From the IMG/VR virus record IMGVR_UViG_3300036943_000395, positions 1 through 43,414 of that record: DNA of 43,414 nucleotides; one strand, written 5' to 3'. A model generated the notes under the pieces. The model was not told the DNA's origin. It ran no database searches and saw only the letters and a list, made by a program, of their open reading frames with translations. The translations under genes and the position numbers were made by a program. This document shows positions 9,240 to 18,733 of the stretch, one piece after another; position 1 is the first letter of the stretch; each line of letters opens with the position of its first letter. Source of the stretch: a virus. Lineage: Duplodnaviria; Caudoviricetes.

Positions 9240-9683
9240 CTACCTCCCAGCAATTAACATTACTGCATCCCTGGCGTGTTCCGATTTGCTACCGTTCATT
9301 TTCACATATCTTTCAACTTTTGCTAACGGTAATTTTGTTCCGGATGATTTTGATGGTTTAATTTCAGTGACAGTGCAATTAGGGTTATCTTTATACCTTT
9401 CTATTATCATACGTGCTATAGCTTTATTCATGCCAACATTTTGAGCAACTTTTGATATATACTGATTACTCCTGCCACGAAGGTTTTTTTGATCAAAAAA
9501 CAAAGGTGGGTTCAGATTTGGGTTTTCAATAAATATCTTTGCTTTATTTTTTTGATTAATAATTCTGTCAACTTTATCAATAAGTTCCCAAAACGTTAAA
9601 GTGTATGTTAGATATAGATTACTGTTGCTATATTTTACAGCTAACCCATTATGGATGCCTGGATCAATTCCAATCATTATCAT
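9240..9683 (-). CDS. RuvC/RNase H-fold Holliday junction resolvase-like nuclease
   Basis: N-terminal IGIDPG..NG.A, central IE, C-terminal EHARDA. Confidence 0.75.
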   Translation of the reverse strand: MIMIGIDPGIHNGLAVKYSNSNLYLTYTLTFWELIDKVDRIINQKNKAKIFIENPNLNPPLFFDQKNLRGRSNQYISKVAQNVGMNKAIARMIIERYKDNPNCTVTEIKPSKSSGTKLPLAKVERYVKMNGSKSEHARDAVMLIAGR

Positions 9684-9924
9684 TTTCTTCCTCCATGATT
9701 TGTAAAATTACGCTTATCAAACTCAAAAACCCTAAACACACAACAACTAAAAACTCAGTTAAAAAAGCAAAAACCAACACTGTTTTTTCTTCCAAATTCA
9801 AGTTTGCTTTTGATATTGTGACATCGCTAAAACAATAGATTTTTCTTATAATATACGCTATGATACCAGCACTAAACCATGCATATATTATAGTTACACA
9901 TAAACTAATCACTATTTCCATCAT
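9664..9924 (-). CDS. Small membrane protein (two TM helices)
   Basis: GGAGG RBS before ATG 9924; two hydrophobic stretches. Confidence 0.65.
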   Translation of the reverse strand: MMEIVISLCVTIIYAWFSAGIIAYIIRKIYCFSDVTISKANLNLEEKTVLVFAFLTEFLVVVCLGFLSLISVILQIMEEENDNDWN

Positions 9925-11254
9925 TATACCTCCTTGTGATATTATAAAAAGCTGTAGTGTTTTCATCAAAATACAAATCAAATGTTTGCGCTCTACCTCT
10001 ACGGTTTTTAAGCAGGATTAATTGAGCAACACCCTGATCCTCAGTGTATTTTTTATATACTGATTCTCTGTGCAAAGCGAATAACATATCTGCATCTTGC
10101 TCAAGAGCTCCAGAATCTCTAAAATCAGCCATTGTTGGCTTTTTAGAATCTCTTTTTTCAAGCTCTCTGTTTAATTGCGATAGACAAATTATCGGTAACC
10201 TTACGTTTTTTGCCAACTCTTTAAGTCGGTTTGATATTATTGTTGTTTTTTCGTAAAGACCGCAAGTTTTTTTAACTCTAACGATATTAATATAATCAAT
10301 AAAAACAAGACCTAATCTACCATATTTACCTTTAAGTGCCCTGATCTTTGCTTCCATATCTTCTACAGTTAAACCAGCCTGATCAATTATAATTAAATTT
10401 CTTTTCGATATCACATCAGCAGCGGTGGTAATTTGCTCAAGCTCATCTTTGGTTAAGTTTTTTCCGATAGATAATCTATTGTTGTTTATTCCTGTCAGTG
10501 TGCTTATCAGCCTTGCCATTAACGAATCAACTGTCATCTCAAGTGAAAATATAACAACGGTTTCAAAAAGGGATTTTTTAAATGCTATTGATAACATTAA
10601 TGCTGTTTTACCCATTCTTGGTCTAGCCCCGATAAATATCAACTCACCGTTTTTAAAACCACCTATACTATCGTCAATATCAACAAATCCAGTTTTATGT
10701 AATACGTTTCCATCCTTTGAGTTCATCATTTCTTGAATGTCATCTAATGTATTACTAACTCCTTCGCTTGCTGAATACATAAACTTAGATTCTTTAGTCG
10801 ATTGTATAGCCAAATCGTTAAGGTTTGTCACGATCTCATCAATCTCCCTTTCCTCATAACAATCAGCAACAATATTATTAGTACTAACAATAATATTTCT
10901 TAGTATATACTTATCTTCCAATACAGATAAATAATTATTAAATAACAAACCAGATACAGATAAAGAGCTTATTTTTTGGACAAACTCTATCGATCCATAT
11001 TCAGAAAGCTCTCCTGTTCTTGTAATTCGATCAACTACACTCAACATCGTAACCATCGTACCTTTTACATTCATGTCTTGTAATATTGCAAATAATGCTT
11101 TGTGACTTTTCCTGTAAAAGTGGTGTTTATTAAGTTTGTTAATCCCTATATAAAAACACTCATTAAAGTTAAGAATCTGGCTTAACACATAAGCCTCCGT
11201 GTTTGCATCATTAGGCAAATCTTTAGAAAAATTCTTTTTGTTTATCTTTGTCAT
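9905..11254 (-). CDS. dnaB: Replicative DNA helicase DnaB
   Basis: Walker A GARPRMGKT, FSLEM, IDY, LSQLNRELE.R, DFRDSGALEQDAD, KNRRG; N-terminal LP.D...E..VL domain. Confidence 0.96.
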   Translation of the reverse strand: MTKINKKNFSKDLPNDANTEAYVLSQILNFNECFYIGINKLNKHHFYRKSHKALFAILQDMNVKGTMVTMLSVVDRITRTGELSEYGSIEFVQKISSLSVSGLLFNNYLSVLEDKYILRNIIVSTNNIVADCYEEREIDEIVTNLNDLAIQSTKESKFMYSASEGVSNTLDDIQEMMNSKDGNVLHKTGFVDIDDSIGGFKNGELIFIGARPRMGKTALMLSIAFKKSLFETVVIFSLEMTVDSLMARLISTLTGINNNRLSIGKNLTKDELEQITTAADVISKRNLIIIDQAGLTVEDMEAKIRALKGKYGRLGLVFIDYINIVRVKKTCGLYEKTTIISNRLKELAKNVRLPIICLSQLNRELEKRDSKKPTMADFRDSGALEQDADMLFALHRESVYKKYTEDQGVAQLILLKNRRGRAQTFDLYFDENTTAFYNITRRYNDGNSD

Positions 11255-11756
11255 ACACCTTAACTCCAAATAATTTTCTTAGTTTTTTATTTTCACTAGT
11301 TGGTTTATCAAGTGACCGTGCTTCCTTACCCATCACAACCCAACATAATTCATATAACTTAGGAAAATGTTTTATCGCTTTTACTTTTTCTATATATTCT
11401 GGTAACTCATCTTCACTAATTGATATCCTTCTTGCATCCAAGAACTGTAAGTAGCCATCTTCTATGTCTTTATCATATCCATCTGCATCGATAAAAATAT
11501 ATCTCTTTTTTATGATCTTTTGTTTGTTTTTGATAATCTCAGCTTCTTCATTAATTTCTTTTGGCGATGGAAATTTATCTTTTTCAATTGCGTATTTTAA
11601 AAACACTGTTGATATTTGTTCAATCGACACACCGTGCTTATCCAAAATTATTCCAACCATGAAAGTAAAATCTTTGCTTTTAAATTCAGGCTTAGAAATA
11701 TTTGATGAATAACTGTTTATTATTTCATGTAACCTTCTAAGATTATTTTTATCCAT
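11223..11756 (-). CDS. Hypothetical protein, possible helicase loader/adaptor
   Basis: Lies between initiator and dnaB; KFPSPKEI and HFPKLYEL resemble the FP motif of phage loader/inhibitor proteins. Confidence 0.5.
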   Translation of the reverse strand: MDKNNLRRLHEIINSYSSNISKPEFKSKDFTFMVGIILDKHGVSIEQISTVFLKYAIEKDKFPSPKEINEEAEIIKNKQKIIKKRYIFIDADGYDKDIEDGYLQFLDARRISISEDELPEYIEKVKAIKHFPKLYELCWVVMGKEARSLDKPTSENKKLRKLFGVKVYDKDKQKEFF

Positions 11757-12574
11757 TAGAACGCACTCCCTTTATCACGATATCTACCTTCAAGAACTTT
11801 ATTTATATTTAAATCATTCTCTATTAACCAATCAAATGTTATAACCCAGCCTCTTTTATTGATACCTTGTAGAAAAAGTGAATTTACTATTTCATACTTT
11901 AATTGATCAAATGTAATTCTGTTTAGCATTATATTGTTATTCCATCGTGTCCTGATCTTTTTCTTTCTCTTTTCATCTATAGCCCTGATTGGTCTTATGT
12001 TAGTGTGGATATCGCATATCTCATTGTTCCACCATGCTTTAATATCGGTGAAACTTATCTTTTCGCAACCGAAAATTTCTGTTTGACTAATTACTTCTTT
12101 CTTTCTACTTTCTACTTTCTTTCTTTCTACTTTAGCTAAGAAATTATTTCTTAGTATAGACGTATAATCTTCGCAAATTTGTAAACGCTCTTCCTTACTG
12201 CATATAGCAAGTAAACTTCTTAGTTCATTTACTGTTTTTTTGCTTAAAATTGCTGTAGTAAAAGAGCGGTTACTAATCTTCTGGTGCTCTTCCCAACTCC
12301 TGATAAGTAAAACTGATTTGTTCTCAACATTATTAACCTGATATATTAATTCGTTTTCAATAAGTTCATTTTTCCAACCATTAACATCATTAGGTGTAAC
12401 ATCTCCATCATATAAAAATATCTCACCTAATAGAAGGGTATCCGAATTTAAATGAACCCCCCAATCATCGCTAAAGTTAAACATCCCGATAAATAACAAC
12501 CTGGCATTTGCGCTCAATTTACCGATGGTTGCGGAAGTCCAGAACTCTTTACTAATCATTCTGTTCCTCGCCAT
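11756..12574 (-). CDS. Phage replication initiation protein (replisome organiser)
   Basis: N-terminal MAR.R.I..EFW.S.....LS..ARLLFIG....SDD.G, WEEHQ; C-terminal W...FDWL.......KVLEG.Y. Confidence 0.85.
   Translation of the reverse strand: MARNRMISKEFWTSATIGKLSANARLLFIGMFNFSDDWGVHLNSDTLLLGEIFLYDGDVTPNDVNGWKNELIENELIYQVNNVENKSVLLIRSWEEHQKISNRSFTTAILSKKTVNELRSLLAICSKEERLQICEDYTSILRNNFLAKVERKKVESRKKEVISQTEIFGCEKISFTDIKAWWNNEICDIHTNIRPIRAIDEKRKKKIRTRWNNNIMLNRITFDQLKYEIVNSLFLQGINKRGWVITFDWLIENDLNINKVLEGRYRDKGSAF
12101..12133. repeat. Short TTTCTAC direct repeats inside the initiator gene (candidate origin iterons)
   Basis: ctttctac-tttctac-tttctttc-tttctac-ttt in the interdomain linker. Confidence 0.4.
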
Positions 12575-12579
12575 TGATC

Positions 12580-12918
12580 TTACCTGTTATGTCTTTTAAC
12601 ACGCTTTTTCCTGGTGTTCATATTTACTGTTGCTCTAACAGCATCGTTGATGAATTTATCTAACATAACAATAACTTCATCTTTAAGAAAAGTATAACCG
12701 TAAAATTGCTGATAGAAAGCAGCTTCGCTTATTTTAGGTTCAATCTTAGACAAATATATTGTGACAAAATCAGCTACACCAACACCATAATCTTTTTTGA
12801 GTTTTGTTATCTTTTCCCGATAACGCTTTGATAATTTCTTGCGCTCCAACTTCTCTTTTTTTGAGTATCTTATGTGACGAACGTCTTGCCTATATAGCTT
12901 AACTTTCCTGTTGTCCAT
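12580..12918 (-). CDS. Basic hypothetical protein, possible transcriptional regulator
   Basis: First gene of the leftward operon, Lys/Arg-rich, central helical segment loosely HTH-like. Confidence 0.55.
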   Translation of the reverse strand: MDNRKVKLYRQDVRHIRYSKKEKLERKKLSKRYREKITKLKKDYGVGVADFVTIYLSKIEPKISEAAFYQQFYGYTFLKDEVIVMLDKFINDAVRATVNMNTRKKRVKRHNR

Positions 12919-12950
12919 GCCTTACCCCCTTTATTTTTCTCAATTCTATT

Positions 12951-13030
12951 TTTACATTATACTGTAAATACTGTCAAGAAAAAAAAATAAAAAAAAAGGT
13001 TTGACAGAATTGAGCCCCTTATTATATATT
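12951..13030. promoter_or_regulatory. Divergent promoter region with palindrome
   Basis: + strand TTGACA 13001-13006, N18, TATATT; - strand TTGACA 12977-12972; A-tract between them; TTTACA-N6-TGTAAA palindrome 12951-12968. Confidence 0.6.
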
Positions 13031-13059
13031 GTAACCAGAATAAAAAAGGGGGTTTTAGA

Positions 13060-14091
13060 ATGGAAACCAAAGAACTTTCAATTTATGATGAGAAAGTAAA
13101 GATGCTGCAATTAGCTGAGGTGTATTCGCAATCAGCTTTAATTCCATCCGATTTTAAGAAAAAAGCCGATGCGTTTTATGCTCTCGAAGCTGGTTCGGAG
13201 ATTGGGTTGAGTCCGATAGCGTCTTTTGAACACATCCACATAATCAAAGGAGTTCCTTATGTTGATGTAATTGCACTACATGCGCTTGCTCTCAGGCGTA
13301 GTACATGGAGAGGTCACTTATATTCTTATCTCAAAGATGATAATGGTAAAGTGACTGGGGTTACTTGCACAGTTAAAAAAGCAAACTTATGGGATGATGA
13401 GGTTGTAATAACTGAGCACGTTGGTTATTACACGCTTGAAATAGCCAGGTCTAACGGTTTACTTGATAAGTTTAACTGGAAGCGTGACCCGATTAACATG
13501 CTGAAAAAACGATCATTAGAAAGGGCTATTAAGGATGCTTATCCTGATATAGCTCTTGGGCTCAACACTGAGGAAGATATACCGTATCGCTTAAAGCAGG
13601 AAGAGATAAACTCTAAAACACTAAAATCAGAAATTAGTATTGATCCACAAGATATTGATGAAATTACAACAAAAGCGATGTTGAGTGACAACGATAGAGC
13701 CGATAAACCTGAAAAACAAGAGGTTGAATCTAAGCACCTTGAAGCTCCAAAAAAAGAGGATGAGAGTAAAGAGACTACTGAACAGATAAAAGAGACTGTA
13801 GAAGCTCCTGAGCCGTCAGAACCAGAAGATATGGAGAATGAGAAACTCAAAGGTAATGAGCTTAAGGAAATGCAGGAAGTTTGTGAGAAGTTAGTAAACT
13901 CTGCAATGGAATTGAACTTAAAGGGTTTTGAAGATGTTATCACTACAAGAAAAACAATAAAGCAGTTCCTTAACGTAACATCAATTGAAAGAACACGATC
14001 AAAAGGCAAACTTACAGCTTTAAGGTCATATCTGGCAGCGTTGATCAAGAACAATGAACAAAAACCCGCTGTAAAAAATGAGGAGGAATAA
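13060..14091 (+). CDS. RecT/Red-beta-family single-strand annealing recombinase
   Basis: G.EIGLSP..S...IHIIKG.P, A...GL..K.NW...P..ML.KR...RAI..AYPD...GL.TEE; acidic linker. Confidence 0.85.
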   Translation: METKELSIYDEKVKMLQLAEVYSQSALIPSDFKKKADAFYALEAGSEIGLSPIASFEHIHIIKGVPYVDVIALHALALRRSTWRGHLYSYLKDDNGKVTGVTCTVKKANLWDDEVVITEHVGYYTLEIARSNGLLDKFNWKRDPINMLKKRSLERAIKDAYPDIALGLNTEEDIPYRLKQEEINSKTLKSEISIDPQDIDEITTKAMLSDNDRADKPEKQEVESKHLEAPKKEDESKETTEQIKETVEAPEPSEPEDMENEKLKGNELKEMQEVCEKLVNSAMELNLKGFEDVITTRKTIKQFLNVTSIERTRSKGKLTALRSYLAALIKNNEQKPAVKNEEE

Positions 14092-14357
14092 TGGCAAAAA
14101 GGGAAAACATTGACAAGATCAAAAAACTTGTGCGAAATTCAGAACGTATCCAAGAGTTTATCGAGTTTGCAGAGGATATTGATGAAATCAAATCAATTGA
14201 GTTGTTTTGTGATAGAAAAAAATCTGGAACACAAACAACCAAAAACATCCCCTTAACAACAGAAACTATCAAACTCACAAAGCAATACTTGGCTAATGTA
14301 TGTAGAGCGCTGGAAGATGAGCTTGATGTTATAGATGATATGTTAGATGAGCTATAG
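14091..14357 (+). CDS. Hypothetical protein
   Basis: GAGGAGG RBS, TAATG coupling. Confidence 0.72.
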   Translation: MAKRENIDKIKKLVRNSERIQEFIEFAEDIDEIKSIELFCDRKKSGTQTTKNIPLTTETIKLTKQYLANVCRALEDELDVIDDMLDEL

Positions 14358-14366
14358 GAGGAATTT

Positions 14367-15122
14367 GTGGAATATATAAGCGTATCAAGAATTGGAACAT
14401 TTATGAGGTGTGAATTGCAATATTATCTATCTTATGTGCAAGGGATTAAAATTCCACCTAACGGAGCGATGGTTACTGGCTCTGGAACACACAAGGGAAT
14501 CCAGAGAATATACGAAGATAAGAAAGAATCTGGAAGGTTCAATCTTAATGAGTGTAAAGATATAGCCGCAGATTATGTTAGAACAGTTGATTGTGATTGG
14601 ACTTATGCTCAAGAAAAGTACGATTCTATAGATAAAGCAGTCGCTTTTGTGACCGGATACGGGGTAAGCGAACATCCAGACAATGTTAGGCAGGAAGATA
14701 TCGTGGGCGTCGAAAACAAGCTGGAAATCAAGTTCAGTCACTCTGGCACAGGAGAATTTCTTTTAATGGGTTATCCGGATTTGATTCTAAAAGATAAGGT
14801 TATTGATTTTAAAACCAGTTCCAGGAAAGTATCAGCTCCAACAGTGATGCACAGATTTCAGTTATCAGCTTACTCATTATACTTGGAAAACATAAAGCCA
14901 CATCTACAAGCAATGTGGTATATGAAAAAAGCTAAAACTGCTTTATGTGCTGATTATCCAGTAAAAACATTCAGAAAGAAAGAACTTACAGAAATTCTTG
15001 TTAATTTCTGGAATAGACTTAATGATCCACACACAAGATTTATCCCATCAGGATTCAATCACCCCTGGGCTTGTGATTATTGTGGATACAGAGATCGTGG
15101 CATGTGCCCTTACTTTAGTTAA
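14367..15122 (+). CDS. PD-(D/E)XK exonuclease, RecB/AddB/Cas4-like with Fe-S staple
   Basis: IS.S.I.TF.RC..QY, GSGTH, E..L, GYPDL, IDFKT, QLSAY, C-terminal CDYC.Y...C. Confidence 0.88.
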   Translation: MEYISVSRIGTFMRCELQYYLSYVQGIKIPPNGAMVTGSGTHKGIQRIYEDKKESGRFNLNECKDIAADYVRTVDCDWTYAQEKYDSIDKAVAFVTGYGVSEHPDNVRQEDIVGVENKLEIKFSHSGTGEFLLMGYPDLILKDKVIDFKTSSRKVSAPTVMHRFQLSAYSLYLENIKPHLQAMWYMKKAKTALCADYPVKTFRKKELTEILVNFWNRLNDPHTRFIPSGFNHPWACDYCGYRDRGMCPYFS

Positions 15123-15146
15123 TATATCTCTCTCTACCTCTGAGTA

Positions 15147-15184
15147 GTCTGCGCTCTATTGCTTCTATGCGATAGGGCGCAGAT
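15147..15184 (+). terminator. 16-bp GC-rich hairpin closing the recombination operon
   Basis: gtctgcgctctattgc-N6-gcgatagggcgcagat; weak U tail. Confidence 0.55.
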
Positions 15185-15370
15185 TCGTTTAAGTATAAAA
15201 AATCCTCCTGAACCCCTGTTATATATATTGACAAATAAAAAATTATCACGCAGAAAATATCAAACATAATTTATCTTATTAGACCGCCCTGGGGGTAGGT
15301 GACAAGCTAAAAATAATTTAATAAAACATCCCCAGAGCGAATCTAAGGGGGAAATAATTAGAACGATGCC

Positions 15371-15399
15371 AATATACAAAAACCCAATAAACTTGTCAA
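15371..15399 (-). promoter_or_regulatory. Near-consensus sigma70 promoter facing the recombination operon
   Basis: TTGACA-N17-TATATT on the minus strand with an upstream A-tract. Confidence 0.65.
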
Positions 15400-15570
15400 A
15401 CATTTTTTTCTGTATGATAGACAATTGTAACTTTTTAGACTGTTTAAAATAAAATTTGAAACAAAATAAAAAAGTTTAGCAAAAAAATATTTGTTGCCCT
15501 TAAATAGTTTATTTTAAAGGACTTACAGTAATATAAAAATTCAATTATGGTATGCTAAAAAATAAAACTA

Positions 15571-15599
15571 TTGACTTAGTTACAGTCGTAAAGTAAATT
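15571..15599 (+). promoter_or_regulatory. sigma70-type promoter of the 15776-21790 operon
   Basis: TTGACT-N17-TAAATT with A-rich UP element; same architecture as 22966-22994. Confidence 0.65.
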
Positions 15600-15775
15600 G
15601 ACCTCAGACTTGCCCCCTACATTATATATATAAATAAAGGAGGGGGGCAGTTTAAAAAGGGGATAAAATGAACTTGAATGATTTAGAATTTTGTTTTATT
15701 ATTATGATTCAAGCAGTTTATTAGCTGCGCTACTAACTCTATTGATTGCAGAAAAAAAACTTTATGGAGGATATA

Positions 15776-15985
15776 ATGGAACACCCAATCAATTTAATGG
15801 TAAGCCGTGATGGAATTTCAAAGAATGAGGCTAAAAGAATCTATGAATTACAGTTAGATGAGTTTAACGCAATACTGGAAGAACCTGGTGTTAGTTATTG
15901 TGATTTGTCAGACTTTCTCTTGGGAGAAGGATATGACGCTGATTATATGGAACATTTCTTAAGCGCTGCTGGAGGTATCGTATGA
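15776..15985 (+). CDS. Small acidic hypothetical protein
   Basis: GGAGG before ATG 15776; L..RDGIS..EA...G.DADY.E pattern typical of small early phage genes. Confidence 0.75.
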   Translation: MEHPINLMVSRDGISKNEAKRIYELQLDEFNAILEEPGVSYCDLSDFLLGEGYDADYMEHFLSAAGGIV

Positions 15986-16860
15986 AAAGGCTTGAAGCTA
16001 TTAACAATGTGTATAATGCAATTGATTTGACAAAGTTCGATAAGGGTTACCAAAACCTTGAACCAACGGCTGATAACACACCTTTAATGATTGACGTTAT
16101 TTTAAGGTATGTTAGATCACAGAAAGATAAAGGTGTGCTGGTCGGCAACATTGACAAAGATAGTGCTACACTTGGTGTTTCGAATGAAGATTTGAATTAT
16201 GTTTCAAGAATGGGATTAATATTGTCAATTCCAACTGGATACTATGCCAGCAAAGAAAGAGAGCTGAAATCAGATTTTATTAAGTTTGTTATAAGGCGTG
16301 GAGAATTTCCAACCGATGGCAAATTCAATATAATCACAGACTCTCTTCAACCAATGATGGATGGTGAATTGTTTGGGAAGATACACCACACTGTATTTAA
16401 CCCAGAGTTTGAATCAGAAGAAAATAAACTTGAGTTTCCAGTTTTCCCGATCAAAGTTGATGAGGAGAATGTTAGAAAACTTGCTTCAAAAATCAGACTA
16501 CTTAAAGACTATGAGGATCACTCCAGAAAATTGGTGATTGAAACCGATATCAATGAAGCTCAAACAGATTTATTAAGTGTGTGTGTAGATATTGGACTTA
16601 ACAACGATATTAACCAATTACAACTGACATCAGATGAAAGAGAATTAATGCTGACATGTAAAACAGTAACAGAGATTCTTATGTTGGGTTCGAGATTAGG
16701 TGCACAGCACAATGTTTTATCTGTAATGGCTTCGTTTTTTGTGTTGTTGCCAGAAGATAGATACAAAGAATTTGCTTTGAAGTATAATTCTTTAGCAGAT
16801 GGCATCATAATGTTTTTGAGTTTGAAAAGAAATATAGAAAAAAGAATGATGGAGGTGTAG
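15982..16860 (+). CDS. Hypothetical protein
   Basis: 292-aa ORF, GGAGG RBS, ATGA coupling. Confidence 0.8.
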   Translation: MKRLEAINNVYNAIDLTKFDKGYQNLEPTADNTPLMIDVILRYVRSQKDKGVLVGNIDKDSATLGVSNEDLNYVSRMGLILSIPTGYYASKERELKSDFIKFVIRRGEFPTDGKFNIITDSLQPMMDGELFGKIHHTVFNPEFESEENKLEFPVFPIKVDEENVRKLASKIRLLKDYEDHSRKLVIETDINEAQTDLLSVCVDIGLNNDINQLQLTSDERELMLTCKTVTEILMLGSRLGAQHNVLSVMASFFVLLPEDRYKEFALKYNSLADGIIMFLSLKRNIEKRMMEV

Positions 16861-16862
16861 AG

Positions 16863-17315
16863 ATGCAGATAGATAGTAGAATCTTAGACATTGAAGAATT
16901 TGCCTCATTGAGCAAGGCGTATATTGAGATAAAGTCAAAACTGCCAAGATTCATTGAACATAAACCAGTGATTGGAAACAACGATGATGCTATTCAGCTA
17001 ACAGTAAATAAGATTCTTAACATTGGTTATTCCGTTTCCATGATGGTTGTTACGCAAGATTTTGATGAGTTTATTGTTGCTAATCAACTTGCTGAACACA
17101 AGGATTTAATAAAGAAATCCTTGATATGTGTTTTGTTTGAATTAAAATCCAAAGAAACAGATCTTGAAAACATAGACTACTATTTGAAACTGAGGATTAT
17201 CGCAACCTTGATTAGAAATGAAAACTTGTTTGAATCAGGAAAAAAAAGGTATATTGATTTGACTGATTTGTTTGTTGCTATGATGGCTTTTAACAAAGTC
17301 ATTGAAGCATTATAA
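16863..17315 (+). CDS. Hypothetical protein
   Basis: GGAGG RBS, helical. Confidence 0.75.
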   Translation: MQIDSRILDIEEFASLSKAYIEIKSKLPRFIEHKPVIGNNDDAIQLTVNKILNIGYSVSMMVVTQDFDEFIVANQLAEHKDLIKKSLICVLFELKSKETDLENIDYYLKLRIIATLIRNENLFESGKKRYIDLTDLFVAMMAFNKVIEAL

Positions 17316-17331
17316 TAAACGGAGGTACAGG

Positions 17332-17547
17332 ATGATAAGGAACGTAAAACCGCTCGGCAGTGATATCAAAGCTGTTGAGACAAATAGCTGGTTAGAGATG
17401 CACAGAGAAGCCCATCAACTCGAAAAAAAAGGTTACATATCACTTGCACCATACACGGTGACAAAATTAAAGGATTGTGTTGTTTATTACCAGGAATTTG
17501 CTAAAAAAGAACTGGTGAAGGAGGATGGTATCAATGGTACAAAATAA
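17332..17547 (+). CDS. Hypothetical protein
   Basis: GGAGG before ATG 17332. Confidence 0.65.
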   Translation: MIRNVKPLGSDIKAVETNSWLEMHREAHQLEKKGYISLAPYTVTKLKDCVVYYQEFAKKELVKEDGINGTK

Positions 17548-17878
17548 CAGTGAAATGCTGAAATATGTTAAGAGATATTTCGGCAACCAGAAGCGAAGCA
17601 TTGTTAAATGTGATGATAGTTCAGTTCATGTAATCATAAGACTAAATTTCAGGCTGGAACTAATTTACAGAATCGTAAAAGAAACAGCAAGCGGCGAAGT
17701 CAGGATATATTTTTGTGAGATTGTGGATCACAAAAGACAAGAAGCGACCATTGTAAGGATTGCCCCAACAACAGTGCGGAATGATTTGAAAATTGCTTTA
17801 TCTTTGCTGGATATACTTGAAACCACCCACCCTAAAGATTTTGATCTGTTTCCAATCATAAAACTAAAGGGGGAATAA
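17534..17878 (+). CDS. Hypothetical protein
   Basis: GGAGG at 17520-17524; TAATG-coupled to array copy 1. Confidence 0.7.
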   Translation: MVQNNSEMLKYVKRYFGNQKRSIVKCDDSSVHVIIRLNFRLELIYRIVKETASGEVRIYFCEIVDHKRQEATIVRIAPTTVRNDLKIALSLLDILETTHPKDFDLFPIIKLKGE

Positions 17879-18318
17879 TGTGTTTAGTATCATCTAGAAA
17901 CTGTATAACAGATAAAGAAATGATAGTTTATAAGGTGCAGGTAGCTCCCAGGCTATCTGAAAGGTATAGAGGTGTGTTCGTATCTCCAGTTACAGAATAC
18001 CTGCCAATATATGGGGAAAAATCAGTAGCCCCAGACTACCCATTGGAAGATGATTTGGATTCTGGTATATTATCCACTGGCTTCTTTCACTTTTACATTG
18101 ATATTGATGTGGCAGCTGAATTTGCGCAAAACCTATCCAGCAGCAGTACACTAAGCCGTGTTATCAAATGCATTGTCCCGAAAAGTTCAAGAGTTTATTT
18201 TGATAGATTCGATGAGCGTGGATGCACAAAAATACTTACACACACAAAGGAAACAGTTGTGACATATCCTCATGGTGTAAACTTGGAACTACACCCAACT
18301 ATACAAGAGGGGGATTAA
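17878..18318 (+). CDS. Met-Cys paralogue array, copy 1
   Basis: MCL..VYKVQ..SP..P.Y..GFFHFY..RVIKCIVPK. Confidence 0.85.
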   Translation: MCLVSSRNCITDKEMIVYKVQVAPRLSERYRGVFVSPVTEYLPIYGEKSVAPDYPLEDDLDSGILSTGFFHFYIDIDVAAEFAQNLSSSSTLSRVIKCIVPKSSRVYFDRFDERGCTKILTHTKETVVTYPHGVNLELHPTIQEGD

Positions 18319-18319
18319 T

Positions 18320-18733
18320 ATGTGTACATTAATCAAATCCAAAGGCAATTCAAAAGTCGATCTCGATTTTTACAAGATTGAGGTGTGGAGTGAGGAACAG
18401 CAAAGATATTTATCACCATACAGAGACTTTGCTCCAGAATATGTAAAACAAATTACTGCTCCAGGCGATACAACTGCGGGAATTAATAAGGGCAAGGCTG
18501 GAAGTGGATTTTTTCACTTCTTCACAACCCTTGAAAGAGCTATCAGGTGTGCTAAGTTTTTGGTTGATAAAAGTAAAGCACTCGAATCGCCGAATCCTAA
18601 ATTTAAGCACATAAGGGTAATCCGGTGTACTGTTCCTAAAAACACTTTTATTGTATATGGAGATAGTGAGGATGCTGCTGCAAGCCGTGCGATATTTCAC
18701 GACAAGGCAGTGTACGAACCAGGGAGGGCGTGA
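18320..18733 (+). CDS. Met-Cys paralogue array, copy 2
   Basis: MCT..FYKIE..SPY..PEY..GFFHFF..RVIRCTVPK. Confidence 0.85.
   Translation: MCTLIKSKGNSKVDLDFYKIEVWSEEQQRYLSPYRDFAPEYVKQITAPGDTTAGINKGKAGSGFFHFFTTLERAIRCAKFLVDKSKALESPNPKFKHIRVIRCTVPKNTFIVYGDSEDAAASRAIFHDKAVYEPGRA

Noticed and set aside
13539-14054. 171-aa antisense ORF, and similar ones at 27461..28060, 30550..31017 and 37431..38009
   Set aside because: They shadow well-supported genes on the opposite strand and have Ser/Phe/Leu-rich antisense composition
14367-15122. Cas4-like nuclease as evidence of a CRISPR-Cas system
   Set aside because: No other cas genes or repeat-spacer array; it sits with RecT as a standard phage recombination pair
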